Positions 48,004 through 59,900 of a stretch of 64,000 bases of DNA are shown here, in pieces (positions within the stretch are counted from its first letter, which is position 1; the number at the start of each line of letters is the position of its first letter). The notes under the pieces were generated by a model. The model was not told the DNA's origin and ran no database searches. It worked only from the letters and a program-made list of their open reading frames with translations. The translations under genes and the position numbers were made by a program. Origin of the DNA: Marsupella aquatica (taxonomy: Eukaryota > Plantae > Marchantiophyta); the NCBI GenBank assembly GCA_973895155.1, contig OZ316893.1, positions 7,278,963 to 7,342,962 of the forward strand, given 5' to 3'.

Positions 48004-50279
48004 GCGGTGGAGGACTACAGCAATGATAACTCCGGCTATGGGTCGGATCATCATGTTCCAGGAGTAAGGATCTGTGGCCGATTTATCCCCACACTTCCAA
48101 GAGTAGTTCGAGGGGACCCCACCCAGCAGAGTAGCCCCGAGTCTCCCCCACCAAAGGTTGCTCCCCCGAGCTTTTGACGGCATAAAGCAGACGGCACAAG
48201 ATTTTCAAGAGCGACTTAGGGAGGAAGAGAAAGCAGCCCTGGCTAGGGAGAAAGATTTACCAGGAGGAGATTGGCCGGAGGACATCAGGCGGCTTGCCGA
48301 AAAAAGAAGCAACCCTCTTGCCACCGTAGAAGAAATCCGCAAGGCGGCTTGGGAACAGAGGCCGAGGTCGTTGATGACTTCTACTTACTCCACCTATGCT
48401 AAAGATAGAGCCATGGAGTATGGGGAGATGTGTGGGGAACTTGCGCTCAGCATCTTTGGGGAGGAGTTGGAGCAGGGACCCTTTTTTCCAGAGGGAGATG
48501 TTGGAGAAGCACCGATTAGAAGAAGCGGTGGCTTTGAGAAGAAGCGGTGGCTTTGAGAAGAAGCGGTGGCTTTTAAGAGAAGCAAGAAGGACGAGGTCAT
48601 CCGACGGCTTAGGGAGATGGAAGCCAAGGTGGAAGACCTACAGGCGGCCAAGAAAGCCCAAGATGAGCTGTGGATTAAGCGGCATGAGCTAAACATCATG
48701 CAAGGACAATTGGATGCCGCTCAGTCTGGCAATCAGATTATCAAAGATAAACTAACTCGGACCCAAGGAGAGTTGGTCGACGCTGTCAAGGACAGGGAAA
48801 AGTGGAAGCAGGAGCTGAGGGACGTAGAGGAGGCCCACATAATTGCCAACAACCGGGCCATGGCGGAGACTCAGAGAAAGGAGAGGGCGTTGAAAGGAGA
48901 GCTCAAGGATATCCGCAGAGCCCTTGAGCAGAAGGAGGCCGAGTTAGGGAAATCCTATCAAGGGATTATTGCGCTGCAGCAGGAGCTTGCGTCCCTGACG
49001 GCCAGCTTCAAGGCCAACCTGCATGAGAAGGACGACCAGCTCGACCAAACTTATGCCAAGATGAATAAGATGGAGTCTGAGGTCGTAACGGAGCTCGACA
49101 AGGAGCCAAGAGCAACCCAGGAGGAGAGGGCTACCTTAAAATTGGAATTGGAGGAAGCTAGAAAGGAGCTACAGGAGGGACAGAAGGACCTAGAGGAAGC
49201 CCAGGAGGAGTTGGAGGAAACCACCAGGAAGATGGAGAACTTACAGCGGCGGGCCGACAACCAAACGGAGCGGCTGAAGAAACAGGCCGCAGTATTTAAG
49301 TGCTTAGCTTCATCTGGTCCAATTCCAATTGTGGGAACTCCGTTACCGGGAGGGGTACTGGCCGAAGGACAAGCCGAGACACACGCCCCGGTGCCGGAGG
49401 TAGGTAGCAAGGGGAAGGGACCAGCTACCAAAACAGGGAAGAAGAAGAAGCGGAAACCTTCTAGGTCTGGGAGTTATACGGCTTACCAAGCCATTGTGAC
49501 CCAGGAGGTCAACCCGTCACCAACCTCCAGCATGGTCACGGCGGTAGATCCACCTGTTGAAGAAGGTGGGGATGGCAAGGCCGAGGCCGGGACAGCTATT
49601 GATGAAGCCAATGTACCGGATCCTCCACTAGAACATGACGGGGAGGCCGAAGCCGTATCGAAGGCCGTGACCGATGTTGAGGCCGAAGCCAAGGGTGGAC
49701 CCAGTCAAGCCGATGAAGAGTTGACTCGGTCCGGGGCAGGTAATCTGTCAGAGGACGGACCGACGGCAGTGGCTACGGGGGAAGCATTGGGGGCGTCCAT
49801 TGAGGATCCGCCACCGGTGTCGTGACGGTGCAACGGCGCCGTTCCTTTAAGGAAGGGTGCACGTGGAGGTAGGAGGCGTGAGTGGGCAGGGCGGGCTCAG
49901 ATCTCCAAGTTTAGGATTAGTGTGACGCCGCCGGTATGGCGGTTAATGAGTGATTCAATCTAACTGCGCTCGGCACGCGCATTAGGTGGGTCTTAGGCCG
50001 CTATTATTAGCATAATGACAGTATTTAGGTAATCATTAGGGGTAGGACATCATTAGGCAATAAGGGGGACTTCAGGTTCGGGCTGGCGGCGGGTCGCTAT
50101 TCGCACACCCGGGTTACGAGCGTGGAGGGGCCCCTCCCTCGGGTCCGTATAACGAACTTAAGGAAGCGGCCATCTGACGCACGCTGACTCAGACCGGCGG
50201 AGTGGCCGGTACACCACAAGCGTGAGCGGTTCAACCTATGGGCGTCGAGGAGACGTCGGGGATTGACAAGCCCTCAAAG

Positions 50280-50286
50280 TATAAAA
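50280..50286 (+). promoter_or_regulatory. TATA box upstream of the 880-aa ORF
   Basis: TATAAAAGGGG 108 bp before ATG 50388, followed by a CT-rich leader; conserved at 14410. Confidence 0.55.
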
Positions 50287-50387
50287 GGGGAGCCAACCCT
50301 TTGTAGTGCACCAGTCCATCAGTCCGCGCGCCAGCTTCAACCCCAGCTCTCTCGTTCTCTCTAGGTCGCCACTACTATCTCCTCTGA

Positions 50388-53030
50388 ATGTCGCACACGA
50401 TCCTCTCCAGCTCGGCCATTCGATTCTGGACGCAGTTCCTATCTACCGGAAGGCACTTGGCCGATTCATTGAAACACGCCAACCCGCGCCGATACGAGAT
50501 CGAACGCGAATATGAGAGAGCCATCCGCCTAGCAGGACGACACCACTACGTCCTTAACTTTGACTACCCGTCTCAGAGCGAGCTTTACCGACCAGCTGAG
50601 GTATCTGGGTACTTCTTCAACGGAGACAAATATATCGGGTTCTGGGAAGCATTGCTTCGGCTTCCGGACGAGGTCTTCAATATCCCGGGTACAATCGACC
50701 TGCAGCGACATCACTTCGACCACATCCCTGCCCAGGTTCGGGCTGTCATTAACGGCGAGTCCAGTACCAACCGTTCGACAAGGGCGTCCGCACTCGCTTC
50801 GGAGAACTTCTACCAGCACCTACAGAGCTTCATGGGAACTCGGCCATCAACCAACATGACCAACTCAGCCGGACCTGTACCCGTACCCGTACCCGTGCCC
50901 ATGCAACCTCAGCTTCAGCTTCAGCCTCAGCCGCGGCCTAGCCAAACCCCACCACCTATCACCCAGCCAGCACAGGTACGCTCCGTCATCAATGCTGTGG
51001 ATCTTAGCGATGACGACGAGGCTACCCCACCCTTGACCAGGCGGCCCAGAGGAACAAGCGCTCGGGGGGCCGACACTATATCGTCCCCACCCCCTGCTCT
51101 GACCCCAGGAGCGGCCCCAGCAGACAACATGGTGACCGTGGCCGCCCCGGGCCCGTTACCAACCGTAGTGGCACTCCCCAAGCCTGATCGGGAGGATGGG
51201 GAAGTATCACCTTCCCCGAGTCAGTCACGGGGAAAGAAGAGGAAGGAATCCGCCAGTGCATCCGGGTTACCGTTGGCCACGGTAGCCGTAGCCAAGGTAA
51301 CGATGCATCGCATGGGGGAAAACGTTCACAGCAACATCCTCCATCCCAAGCATGCGGTGTACCTGAAGACTCAGGGATTTGAGCACCTCGCCTCTCTCCC
51401 CTGGAACACTTGCAGGTACTACGGGGAGGACATGACAGAATTTGTCAAGAATTATGACGACGTACGTCAACAGACTCGGCTGCGGGGAAGGAATATGTCC
51501 CTCACAGAAGAACGGCTCAAGATGATCTTCGGGTTACCCGAAGGTGACCATCGAGTCGAATCACGGGCTCCCGGGGGCAAGGGGGCCAAGTACCAATCTT
51601 CAAGTTTTCCCTCAGAGGGATCAGTGGACAACGGGTTCGTGATGAGGACCTGCCTCATGCCCGAGATAGCTGAGCGGCTGGAGTTCCAGAGGTACGCTCT
51701 CCACATGATGGAACCCCGGGGGGAGATCTCCGCCGCCCAGGTCATCCAGGTCAAGAACTATCGACCTAGGAAATGGGCGTCGTACTTCGCTAAGAAATTC
51801 CATGAAGAGATGGAGCGGCGAAGGAAGACGCTGTACATTGGCGGGAAAGCATATTTCGCTAGCCACATCGAAATCATTCTTGAGTGGTATGCCCGGTTTG
51901 ATCGACGAACCCTTCCCCGCATCAACGTTACAAAGCTGGTCCCAGCTAGGTGGGTTTTTCCGGCATTGGAGAGACGGCCCCAACCCGAGGCCCGAAGTCC
52001 AGTGGACACGCCAGCTTCACCCACCCCACCTCCACAAATAGCTGTAATCGTAACCGAGGAGGCGCCGGAGGGGTCGGTCGTCGCAACCGTTGATGCGACC
52101 CAACTAGCCGGGCTAAGTACAGAAGTTGGTACGACAGAGGTCTTACCCGAACCCGGGTCTCCCAAGGACCCGCCGGTGGCAATTCCGGAGAACCGGACAT
52201 CGCTGCAGGAGGACACTCGAGCCCCTTCCAACGTTATGTCCCCAGGGCTGGACGTCACTGCCCCGGCCCCTGCGCGTGTTGATGTCTGCCCGTGTCCAAA
52301 TCCGGACAAGCACAACTTGGACCACCCGGAACTCTTCGTACAGGGTACGTTTCTGAACGGGCTTCTGGGAGATTTCTCTCATCAAATTTCCCGGGATACC
52401 GGGGAGTTCATGGCCCGGAAGGTAGCTTGTTTCTTCAATCAGGAGTTGGTTGCCGCCGTAAAGGCAGGTCGGGCCCAGTCGGAGGCCCTTCAGAGGATAG
52501 AGCGGTACCGGGTGGAGTCCGTGTACCTAAAGAACGAAGTGGCGGCTCAAGAGGCTGAGCTTCTGCAACTACGACCCAAGGTTGCAGCCGCCGATGAGTT
52601 GTTAGCAAAGGCGTACGCTCTTACCGCCCTAGCCGAACAGGCCAAAGCTGGGAACGAGGCCGAGATTACACGACTCCGGAACCAGATTGACAGTTTGAAG
52701 AAACAAGCTGTCACCTGGCAGAAAGACCTGGAGGAGGCCGAGGAGCGAGCCCAGCGGGACGCGACGGAGATAGCCACGCTGCAGGCCGAGATGGCGCGGC
52801 TCCAAACCGAGGCCGAGAAGCAGGACCAGCTGGCGAGTAAACTGACGAGCGACGCCCAGCAGCTGGAGGAGGCATGTCAGGAGGCAGCAGAGGAGACGGA
52901 CGCGGCGAGGCGAGAGAACGAATCTCTGCTGGACCAGGTCCAGCTCCTCAAAGCGGACAATGACAGGCTTCGAAGGCAGCGGGATGGCCGTTCCCATTCG
53001 GGCGGCTCTGGCAAGCGTGCCAGGCATTAG
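50388..53030 (+). CDS. Intact 880-aa LTR-resident protein (N-terminal domain, Pro/Gln linker, plant-transposon accessory-type domain, coiled coil)
   Basis: Uninterrupted ORF. GFEHLASLPW...MTEFVKNY...RLRGRNMSLTEERLKMIFGLP resembles the 'EFY...VRG..I.....L...LGLP' pattern of Ty3/gypsy accessory ORFs (Transposase_32/ATHILA-like; by eye). GKKRKE NLS-like motif; about 170-aa C-terminal coiled coil. Confidence 0.88.
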   Translation: MSHTILSSSAIRFWTQFLSTGRHLADSLKHANPRRYEIEREYERAIRLAGRHHYVLNFDYPSQSELYRPAEVSGYFFNGDKYIGFWEALLRLPDEVFNIPGTIDLQRHHFDHIPAQVRAVINGESSTNRSTRASALASENFYQHLQSFMGTRPSTNMTNSAGPVPVPVPVPMQPQLQLQPQPRPSQTPPPITQPAQVRSVINAVDLSDDDEATPPLTRRPRGTSARGADTISSPPPALTPGAAPADNMVTVAAPGPLPTVVALPKPDREDGEVSPSPSQSRGKKRKESASASGLPLATVAVAKVTMHRMGENVHSNILHPKHAVYLKTQGFEHLASLPWNTCRYYGEDMTEFVKNYDDVRQQTRLRGRNMSLTEERLKMIFGLPEGDHRVESRAPGGKGAKYQSSSFPSEGSVDNGFVMRTCLMPEIAERLEFQRYALHMMEPRGEISAAQVIQVKNYRPRKWASYFAKKFHEEMERRRKTLYIGGKAYFASHIEIILEWYARFDRRTLPRINVTKLVPARWVFPALERRPQPEARSPVDTPASPTPPPQIAVIVTEEAPEGSVVATVDATQLAGLSTEVGTTEVLPEPGSPKDPPVAIPENRTSLQEDTRAPSNVMSPGLDVTAPAPARVDVCPCPNPDKHNLDHPELFVQGTFLNGLLGDFSHQISRDTGEFMARKVACFFNQELVAAVKAGRAQSEALQRIERYRVESVYLKNEVAAQEAELLQLRPKVAAADELLAKAYALTALAEQAKAGNEAEITRLRNQIDSLKKQAVTWQKDLEEAEERAQRDATEIATLQAEMARLQTEAEKQDQLASKLTSDAQQLEEACQEAAEETDAARRENESLLDQVQLLKADNDRLRRQRDGRSHSGGSGKRARH

Positions 53031-54962
53031 CGGCAGAGTAGGAATAGATTAGGATTAGGATTGGCTTAGTCAGGCTCTTGGGACAGGCACCTGCCTTAGG
53101 TACAGCAGCGCTGCCCTGCTGTCCAGCCTGCGTAGATTAGGATCTTCTAATAAGACACAGCCGTTTTCCGGCCTGACTGTCAGCTTAGTTAGGACCTTGG
53201 TCAGCGGATCTTCAGCGGGAGGACGCCCCGTTCCTCGGCTCTTAGTATTTAGTGCACCCCTCGATAGAGGCAAGGGGGGGGGGTTTTTAGTTTCAGAGTC
53301 GGACATCCGCGGGACATGCGGGGAGTCCCGACCTCTGGGAATGACAGAGTACCAAGGGGAGGGGGTAGGACTAAGCTCGCCGGGCGAGTGCGGAGCCAGG
53401 CTCCGTTGTAGTGTGCACCCTTGGCCTTGAACCTGTGCATTCCAGGGCTGTCGTGTCAACTAAGTGTACGCATATGTTCCCTTTGTAGTAAAATCCTTTC
53501 CCATCATTTTTCCTTCGTGTAAATCGAGATTGTATGCATGTGTGCGCATATGTGTGTGGGTTTCTCGTATATGGGTGGCAGCGCCGGGCCGAACGCACTA
53601 CCCGAGATGTGCACAGGGTGCAGCCTGCGGGTAAGTGGTTGCGAGCACGGGTTGAGGACCTGTATCATCGAATCCGGATCGAAGGCGGACAGCACGAAGG
53701 CTTAGAAGCCCTTAAGCCGGGGTCGATCCTGCTATCGACTAAGGTACGTTCCGGTGGCGGAACACAAACCATACCTAGGAGGTGTCCGTATTTAGTAGTA
53801 TGCGCACTTAGCGCTAGTTTACGAGAATAAGGTGCATTACGTGCTTCCCTTCCTGCCCGAACCCTCAGATTTATGAGGGATGTGCCCGTCTAAGCTGAAG
53901 TCTGAGTTAAGGCCGAAGCCTACGACGTGACAATTAGGACCAAGACCAAGAGACGACCCTGACACTTAGATTAGTGGGATGGCGGATCCACTGGTAGGAG
54001 CAACACTTGTGCTCCTGCCTCGTTGTATAGTTAGGTAGATTACAGGTAGGATAGATTAAGCTTACGCAACGAAGTTCTGGACAGATTCGCTGCCAGGATA
54101 AATACCTGGGCAGCGGGGAGTCCAGGGTCTCTTCTTTAGCAAGTTTTTAGTTGCACCAGCAGGGCTGGGATCAAGTAGTAAGAGAAGCTCTCGGTTAGTT
54201 ATACAGTGACCCTTGTGTATATTCATGTTTCCTCATGCCTAAGAACTGAATAGAGTTGGCCTCATGGCTTAGTTCGCAGAGCTTTGTATGAGATGTACTG
54301 TTTGTATGGCAAGTGCATGGTATAACTCAGTCAGAAGGGGTCATTTTGCTATTTGTGTGTCACATTAACGTGTGTGAAGAGTGCCCACATCAATGAAGGG
54401 AAGTAGCAAGGGAGTGAGAGTTGGATGTGTCAAGCTGAGAGAGGTCTTAGCGACTTAACCAAGCCAATTGGGGATCATTCCGGCGGTGGAATCCAAACAT
54501 ACTTAATGGAAGACCAGGAGAGGAATACAAGGGAAGGTCTAGAATAGGCCGGCTAAGCATCTCATGACCCGATGAAGGATCTATCCAGTATATGTGTGTA
54601 AAATGTTAATAGTAGTAGAAGGAGAGTTAGCAGCGTCCCATGCCGCTACGCCGCGGAAACGGCCTCGCCGAGGACAAAACCTGCAGGAATCGGCTTGAGC
54701 AAGGGTGTTTTCTTGGGTTTGGAGAGCCATGGAACGCACCACACACAATAGTCGTTGCAAAGAATGTGAACTGCTTGACAATGTGCTAATCAATCAATCC
54801 ATCGTTTGGAGATTGGTTTGTTGAATCTGAGAGGTTCAGCGTTTTCCAGAACTGTTTGAGAGGTGGGCTTTCTGTACAATCTGTTTGTTGTGTTGTTGCC
54901 TCTTTTGTCTCTGTTTTTTATGGTGTTCGTGGGTTTTTGCCTTTTTCTGAATCATTTCTCTT

Positions 54963-55512
54963 TTTTTTTAAACCAAATTTTACTCCACGTGAACCCCACG
55001 GACGGGGAAACAAGTAGGCCCAGGGGCATCATAAAGCCCATGAAGGGGTGAAAAAGTACATAGAGGTTCACATTCAGAACCAGGAAAGAGCCACAGCTCA
55101 AAGTAGCGTGGGCAGAAGCAAGTAAAGCAAAACTAAAAGGAAGGAGAGATGCTCCTTTCCATGTAAAGACCGATATACTAATAAAGTCAGCAGCATCCAC
55201 TTATAGAACAAACTAAGATAGCATCCCTCAGCACCAAAAAAACAGCGTGCAGCACACTGCTAATGCACAGAGCGCAAGTGCTCAGAAAGCTAATGTGACC
55301 CTGACATCATTCCTCAGAATCCTGGTCCTTTCCCCTTCTAACAAGGCAGTGGCCCCAATTAGACACGACCGCTTCCGGTTAGAGCTGGAGGAAGTTGCCA
55401 CTGCAGACAAGTGATCCAAGGCCCCCGAAATGATAGAGATCGTGTCAAAAACTCGTTTCTTTGTCAATTTATCAAAGGTTTGCTCATTCCTAGCCAACCA
55501 GATGCTCCAAAG
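54963..55512 (-). mobile_element. 5'-truncated L1-type LINE (550 bp)
   Basis: 14-bp TSD GAATCATTTCTCTT (54949-54962, 55513-55526), short poly(A) on the minus strand, and the ORF2 C-terminal motif WSIWLARNEQTF. Confidence 0.88.
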
Positions 55513-56214
55513 GAATCATTTCTCTTGGCTTCATGAACTTTGAAATTCCAATGCATATGCCTATTAGGCTGACGTGCAAATGCCCATTTGCTAATTGGAG
55601 GTTTCATTTATCAGTAGCCTACTTTATGGTGTGCAAAAAGGGCTAAGATAACTCTGATTTTCACATGTTCACCCCGGCCTTAGATATGTAGTTTTCCCAA
55701 TCAAAGGATTGTTAGACGATCCAGTAGATATCTTGTTTTTGTGAGACAACTTTTTCAATATGCCCACTCATCTTTTGTATCATTGCCAAATACTCAACAT
55801 AACGGACATTTGATTCTCTCTGTGGAGATGGATTTCTATTGTTTCCTGCTCATCTATCCCTTTTGCTGCTACGGAGTTCATTAATGTAGTACTTGATTGC
55901 TCCTTATCTCTCCTTTGATGGTAGTATGCTTAGAACTAGATTTGTTTATCAACTCACGCAGGCACAATTCATCACCGGCCGTTTAGGACTTTTCAAGCTC
56001 ACACTCGACTTGGATTTTGGGCCCAACTAGGATAATTTCTGGTTGAATTCACTTGTTGATGATTAATTCGATGCAGTTTGTGTCCACATTTGCTTTGATG
56101 TAATTTTTCAACATCAATGATTGTTCTTCCCTGGTCAACTCCCGACATTGTGCCTTTTATGCTTTGTCCAACACTTATGGGGCCCGACTTTTAGAGATGG
56201 GTCCTTGTGCCATT

Positions 56215-56300
56215 GATCATCTTGTATGTGGAGTAAGAATGAAGTTATTTTGAGCCGTGTCCAGTGTCTACCACGATGCTCTGCTTTGATTCACAGGGAT
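56215..56300 (-). pseudogene. Possible retroelement aspartic protease remnant
   Basis: Minus strand IVVDTG, then (frameshifted) AQNNFI and YSTYKMI. Short and heavily decayed. Confidence 0.3.
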
Positions 56301-56944
56301 AAGAGATCAGTCAAACGGAGGTAGATGGTCTAAGCCCATCACTATCTTGCTACCCTAGCACGACTACTGCATCCCTCGGTAGTTTGGAATGCCTTCAAGG
56401 TCAAGGACTAGAATGAGGATGAAATTGGTGGCAAGCGAGAGGAAGCAAGTTGACTGCAAAGCTCAAGCCGTAGAGACATCGTCACAGCAAGAGCTTGAGA
56501 CTGTGCCATTAGGACAGACTGATGTGCAAGTGCCTAAGCTTGGAGTGGAGGCTTGGTCTTGGGGAGATGTTTTTTTTGTGGCATGAAGGCGGCTGGGATG
56601 GTGAGTGCCTCGTTGCTCTACTTCTTTGCCCTGATCACTAGCTTCTGGACAGTTGGACTTCAAAAACAAGTAAATACTGAGAAGAAGGTTTTATCCGATT
56701 ACATAGTAGTTTCTCCTGGCTATATTTATGTTTCCATCCTTCCCCTAACATGCCTCATTCTATTTGAAATGCAAATGAATAATTAATTTTAAGTATGTTG
56801 TTTAATCTAGAATTTGGATAGGTTTGATCCCATGAAACTCAGCCAGGTTCCTTGCTCCCATCTATTTTTTCTTTCATTATGTTGATTCAGTCTATTGTTT
56901 TTGGAATAATTTCTTCTTTTAACATGGTATTGCTTTCATAGCAG

Positions 56945-59900
56945 GAGAGGCAGTGTCGGGTAGCTCGGGCACAAAATCCATTTGAAGGAGTTAGGAGGAA
57001 ACATCCTCACTTGGCTACATGCAGTTTATCTTCAAGATCATTCTGGGTAGTTGACTCAGAGACCTGAGACTGAAGCTCTGATTGTATTGCATCAATGGCA
57101 AATTGCTGTAATACTCCACGACAAGGGGAGTCAACTAGACGAAGAATAGCCCGAGATGAAGAGAAGAAAAGGCTCCAAAGAGAATGACAGAGGAAATGCA
57201 GAATTGCAAAACGAGATAGGTTCAAGAAAATTCAGGCAATTAGAGGGGAATCTTGCATCCAATTCTATGGAGACATGCAAAGGTCTACTTCTCGGCTAGC
57301 TGGTCATATTGCTCCACTTTTGCATGACTTGACTTGCCACAAGGGTGTTGAGTATCAACGCATGACCATGGAGAAAGTCTTGCAAGCTCCAGCTTTGAAG
57401 AGTGTTTTGCCAGACACTATTGTCCATTCCAAAAGGTACAAGGCAGCTTATGAAATATGTAAGAGTGTGAAACAAGGATGGCAAGGGGTAAAAGGGGCTC
57501 ATCCCATTGATGATCTACGTGTAAGAAATGTCATCACCTCCATGCTTGTATCAGACTGCACACAAAACTTCAATGCTACTGGAGCTTTGATTGGTGCTAA
57601 AGCTCGAGCTTTAAGATTGGGCTATGCTAGAAGAAAATGCATCGAGGATGGATCTCTTACAGAGTGGGCTGTTGGTTCCAAGGCAAAGAGGATAGATGCT
57701 CTCTCTGCCGAGATTCAATTCTTAGTAACAGAGTGGTGGACATCTCAAACTCGGGTTAGCCCAAGATCAGACAACATTGTAAGGCACCGTGATAACCAAA
57801 GTTCTCCATGGGTGAAACACGCTGCTCATTATCTTTTGGAAGCACAGGTAAACTCATCCATTACTTGATTTTGTGGACTGAGTCATTTCCTTCCTTCAAC
57901 TTCAGTGAATGATTCATGACTGAAGGTCATTTGTTGGGTCCTTGAAATTGAATAATGTGTGCTTCATTTAAATATGTGAATCTTGTATCCTTGCCGTGAA
58001 GGTCATGAATCCTTAATTGGAATTCAACTTGTGTCTTGAAGGTTGAGCCTATTTTCTCTAAATCCTGTATCCTTCTAAGTCGAGTCTTGTTTTCTTTGAT
58101 TCCTGTCTTAAAGTACTATCTTGTATCCTGTGTCCTTTATGTAGTGTCTTGACATTTCCTTGCATCATGTGTCCTTCAATTAGAGTCTTGCATGTTTCTT
58201 TGAATCCTGTCTCCTTATATAGGGCTGAGTCTTGTTTCCTTGAATCCTGTGTCATTAATGTACATAGAATCTTGTTTCCTTGCATCTTTTGTCCTTAAAC
58301 TTGAGTCTTGCATGTTCCTTGAATCATGTGTCCTTAGGGGTTGAGTCTTGTTTCCTTAAATCCTGTGCCCTTAATGTAATGTCTTGTGTCCTTTCTTCCT
58401 GCATCCTTACATTTGAGTCTTGTTTCCATAAATTTGAGTCCATAAATTCCATAAATCAAGTGCCCTTTACATTCCATTTCATTGTTATAGAGCCTATAGA
58501 TTGGTATGTACTTCTAAGCTGTTGTATCTAACTCCAATTATTCTAGAACATTGACCGTATGGTGATGAGGTTTTGATTAGTAAAGAACATTGAAGAAGAT
58601 TTGTTGTGCTTGCAGAACTCAACAATTATGGCCCGTTTCATGTGCAGTTGTATTTCTACACGAGGTTTATGTCAGCCAACCCTGTTGTGAAGATTGGTTA
58701 CATATCATTTCACAAGTTAAAGCCATGGTTTGTAAAACGCTTGAAAAACTTTGATAGTTGTTGCTGCAAATATTGCACTGAGATTTGACAGCTGAAAGAT
58801 GGGTTGAATAATTTGCGGGTCTCAGATTTACACAAGAATTGTATGTGTGCCTGCTCACAGATATGTAGACCTGTAGACCTTGTACAATCAGGGAATCAGG
58901 ATGATTGCTTGGCAAATCTAATGGCTGTAAAAGGTGTTACAGAGTTGTGGCAGTCTGTGGTTTGCCCCCTCAAGGAGAATGCCATATGGCATGATCTAGC
59001 TTGTATAAAAGGTCAGTGTAGAAGCTGTGGCTTCAAGCTTCTGAAATTTTTCCCCCACGAACGAGATGAAGCAAATAGTATTGTGGTACCTTGGCGTCAT
59101 TTTGAAGACGTTGATGCTGGTAGTACGCAAGCAGGTGATCCCAAAAAGGTTATCCGTTTAGTTCATAAGGAAACTAACCCAAGTACCTTTGTAGGATATT
59201 TGAAACCAAAGTTAGAACAGTTCCTTCTACACAATTTCACTGCACGATGGCAACATGAAATGTATAAGGATTGATTAGCCAGACAAAAGCCTGACACTCT
59301 TGTCTCAGTGATAGACTTTGCAGAGAATTATAGTTTTCAGGAACAGAATGAGATACAAACGATGCATTGGTTCAATTTTCAGATTAATATACTTGTTCAT
59401 ATAACCTGGAAGCCAAACTCTGATTATGATCCGGATAATGTGAAGTCACGGAGTCATATAGCTACATATCACTACTATATATCAGATGACAAAAAGCATG
59501 ATAGTCTTTTTGTCCAACACTGTTTTGAGCTTCACTGGAATTGGTTGTAGTTAACAGATCCACCTCTACCCGTAGAGCATATTGTATTTAGCGATGGCTG
59601 TAGTGGGCAATTTAAGTGTGCTCGTGCTTGGTACCATGTAGCTAGATACCAAGAGAAGACAAAATGCCCTGAATTACCAATTGGTTGTGTAATGGGGTGG
59701 CATCTGGGCATGGCAAGGGTACTTGGGATGGAGCAGGGGCACATTTGAAGAACTTCCTCCGATCAGAGCAAGTCAAATCCAGCAGCCAAAAATTGCACAA
59801 TGCAGCTGATGTTGTCGAGTTTTGCAATAAACACATGAGTATGCCACATGCTGCATACGAGAGGGCAAAAATGGAGGTCAGACAATATTTTCACTTGGTT

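Larger units (their letters stand above)
43601..49825 (+). pseudogene. Family B ORF interrupted by a MITE and solo LTR E
   Basis: Runs MEPGPRPEVR... to ...IEDPPPVS*, collinear with 16750..20481; stops and a short tandem triplication near 48520-48580. Confidence 0.88.
49921..53932 (+). mobile_element. Family A solo LTR, complete, 4012 bp
   Basis: TGTGACGCCG...CGACGTGACA with perfect TSD ATTAG (49916-49920, 53933-53937). B sequence is contiguous across it. No gag/pol, PBS or internal LTR pair. Confidence 0.93.
43485..54743 (+). mobile_element. Full-length family B solo-LTR-like unit (about 4.8 kb net) with three nested insertions
   Basis: TGTGATGCC...GCACCACA with TSD CACAA (43480-43484, 54744-54748). 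Net 4792 bp after removing nested elements and their TSDs. Confidence 0.92.
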
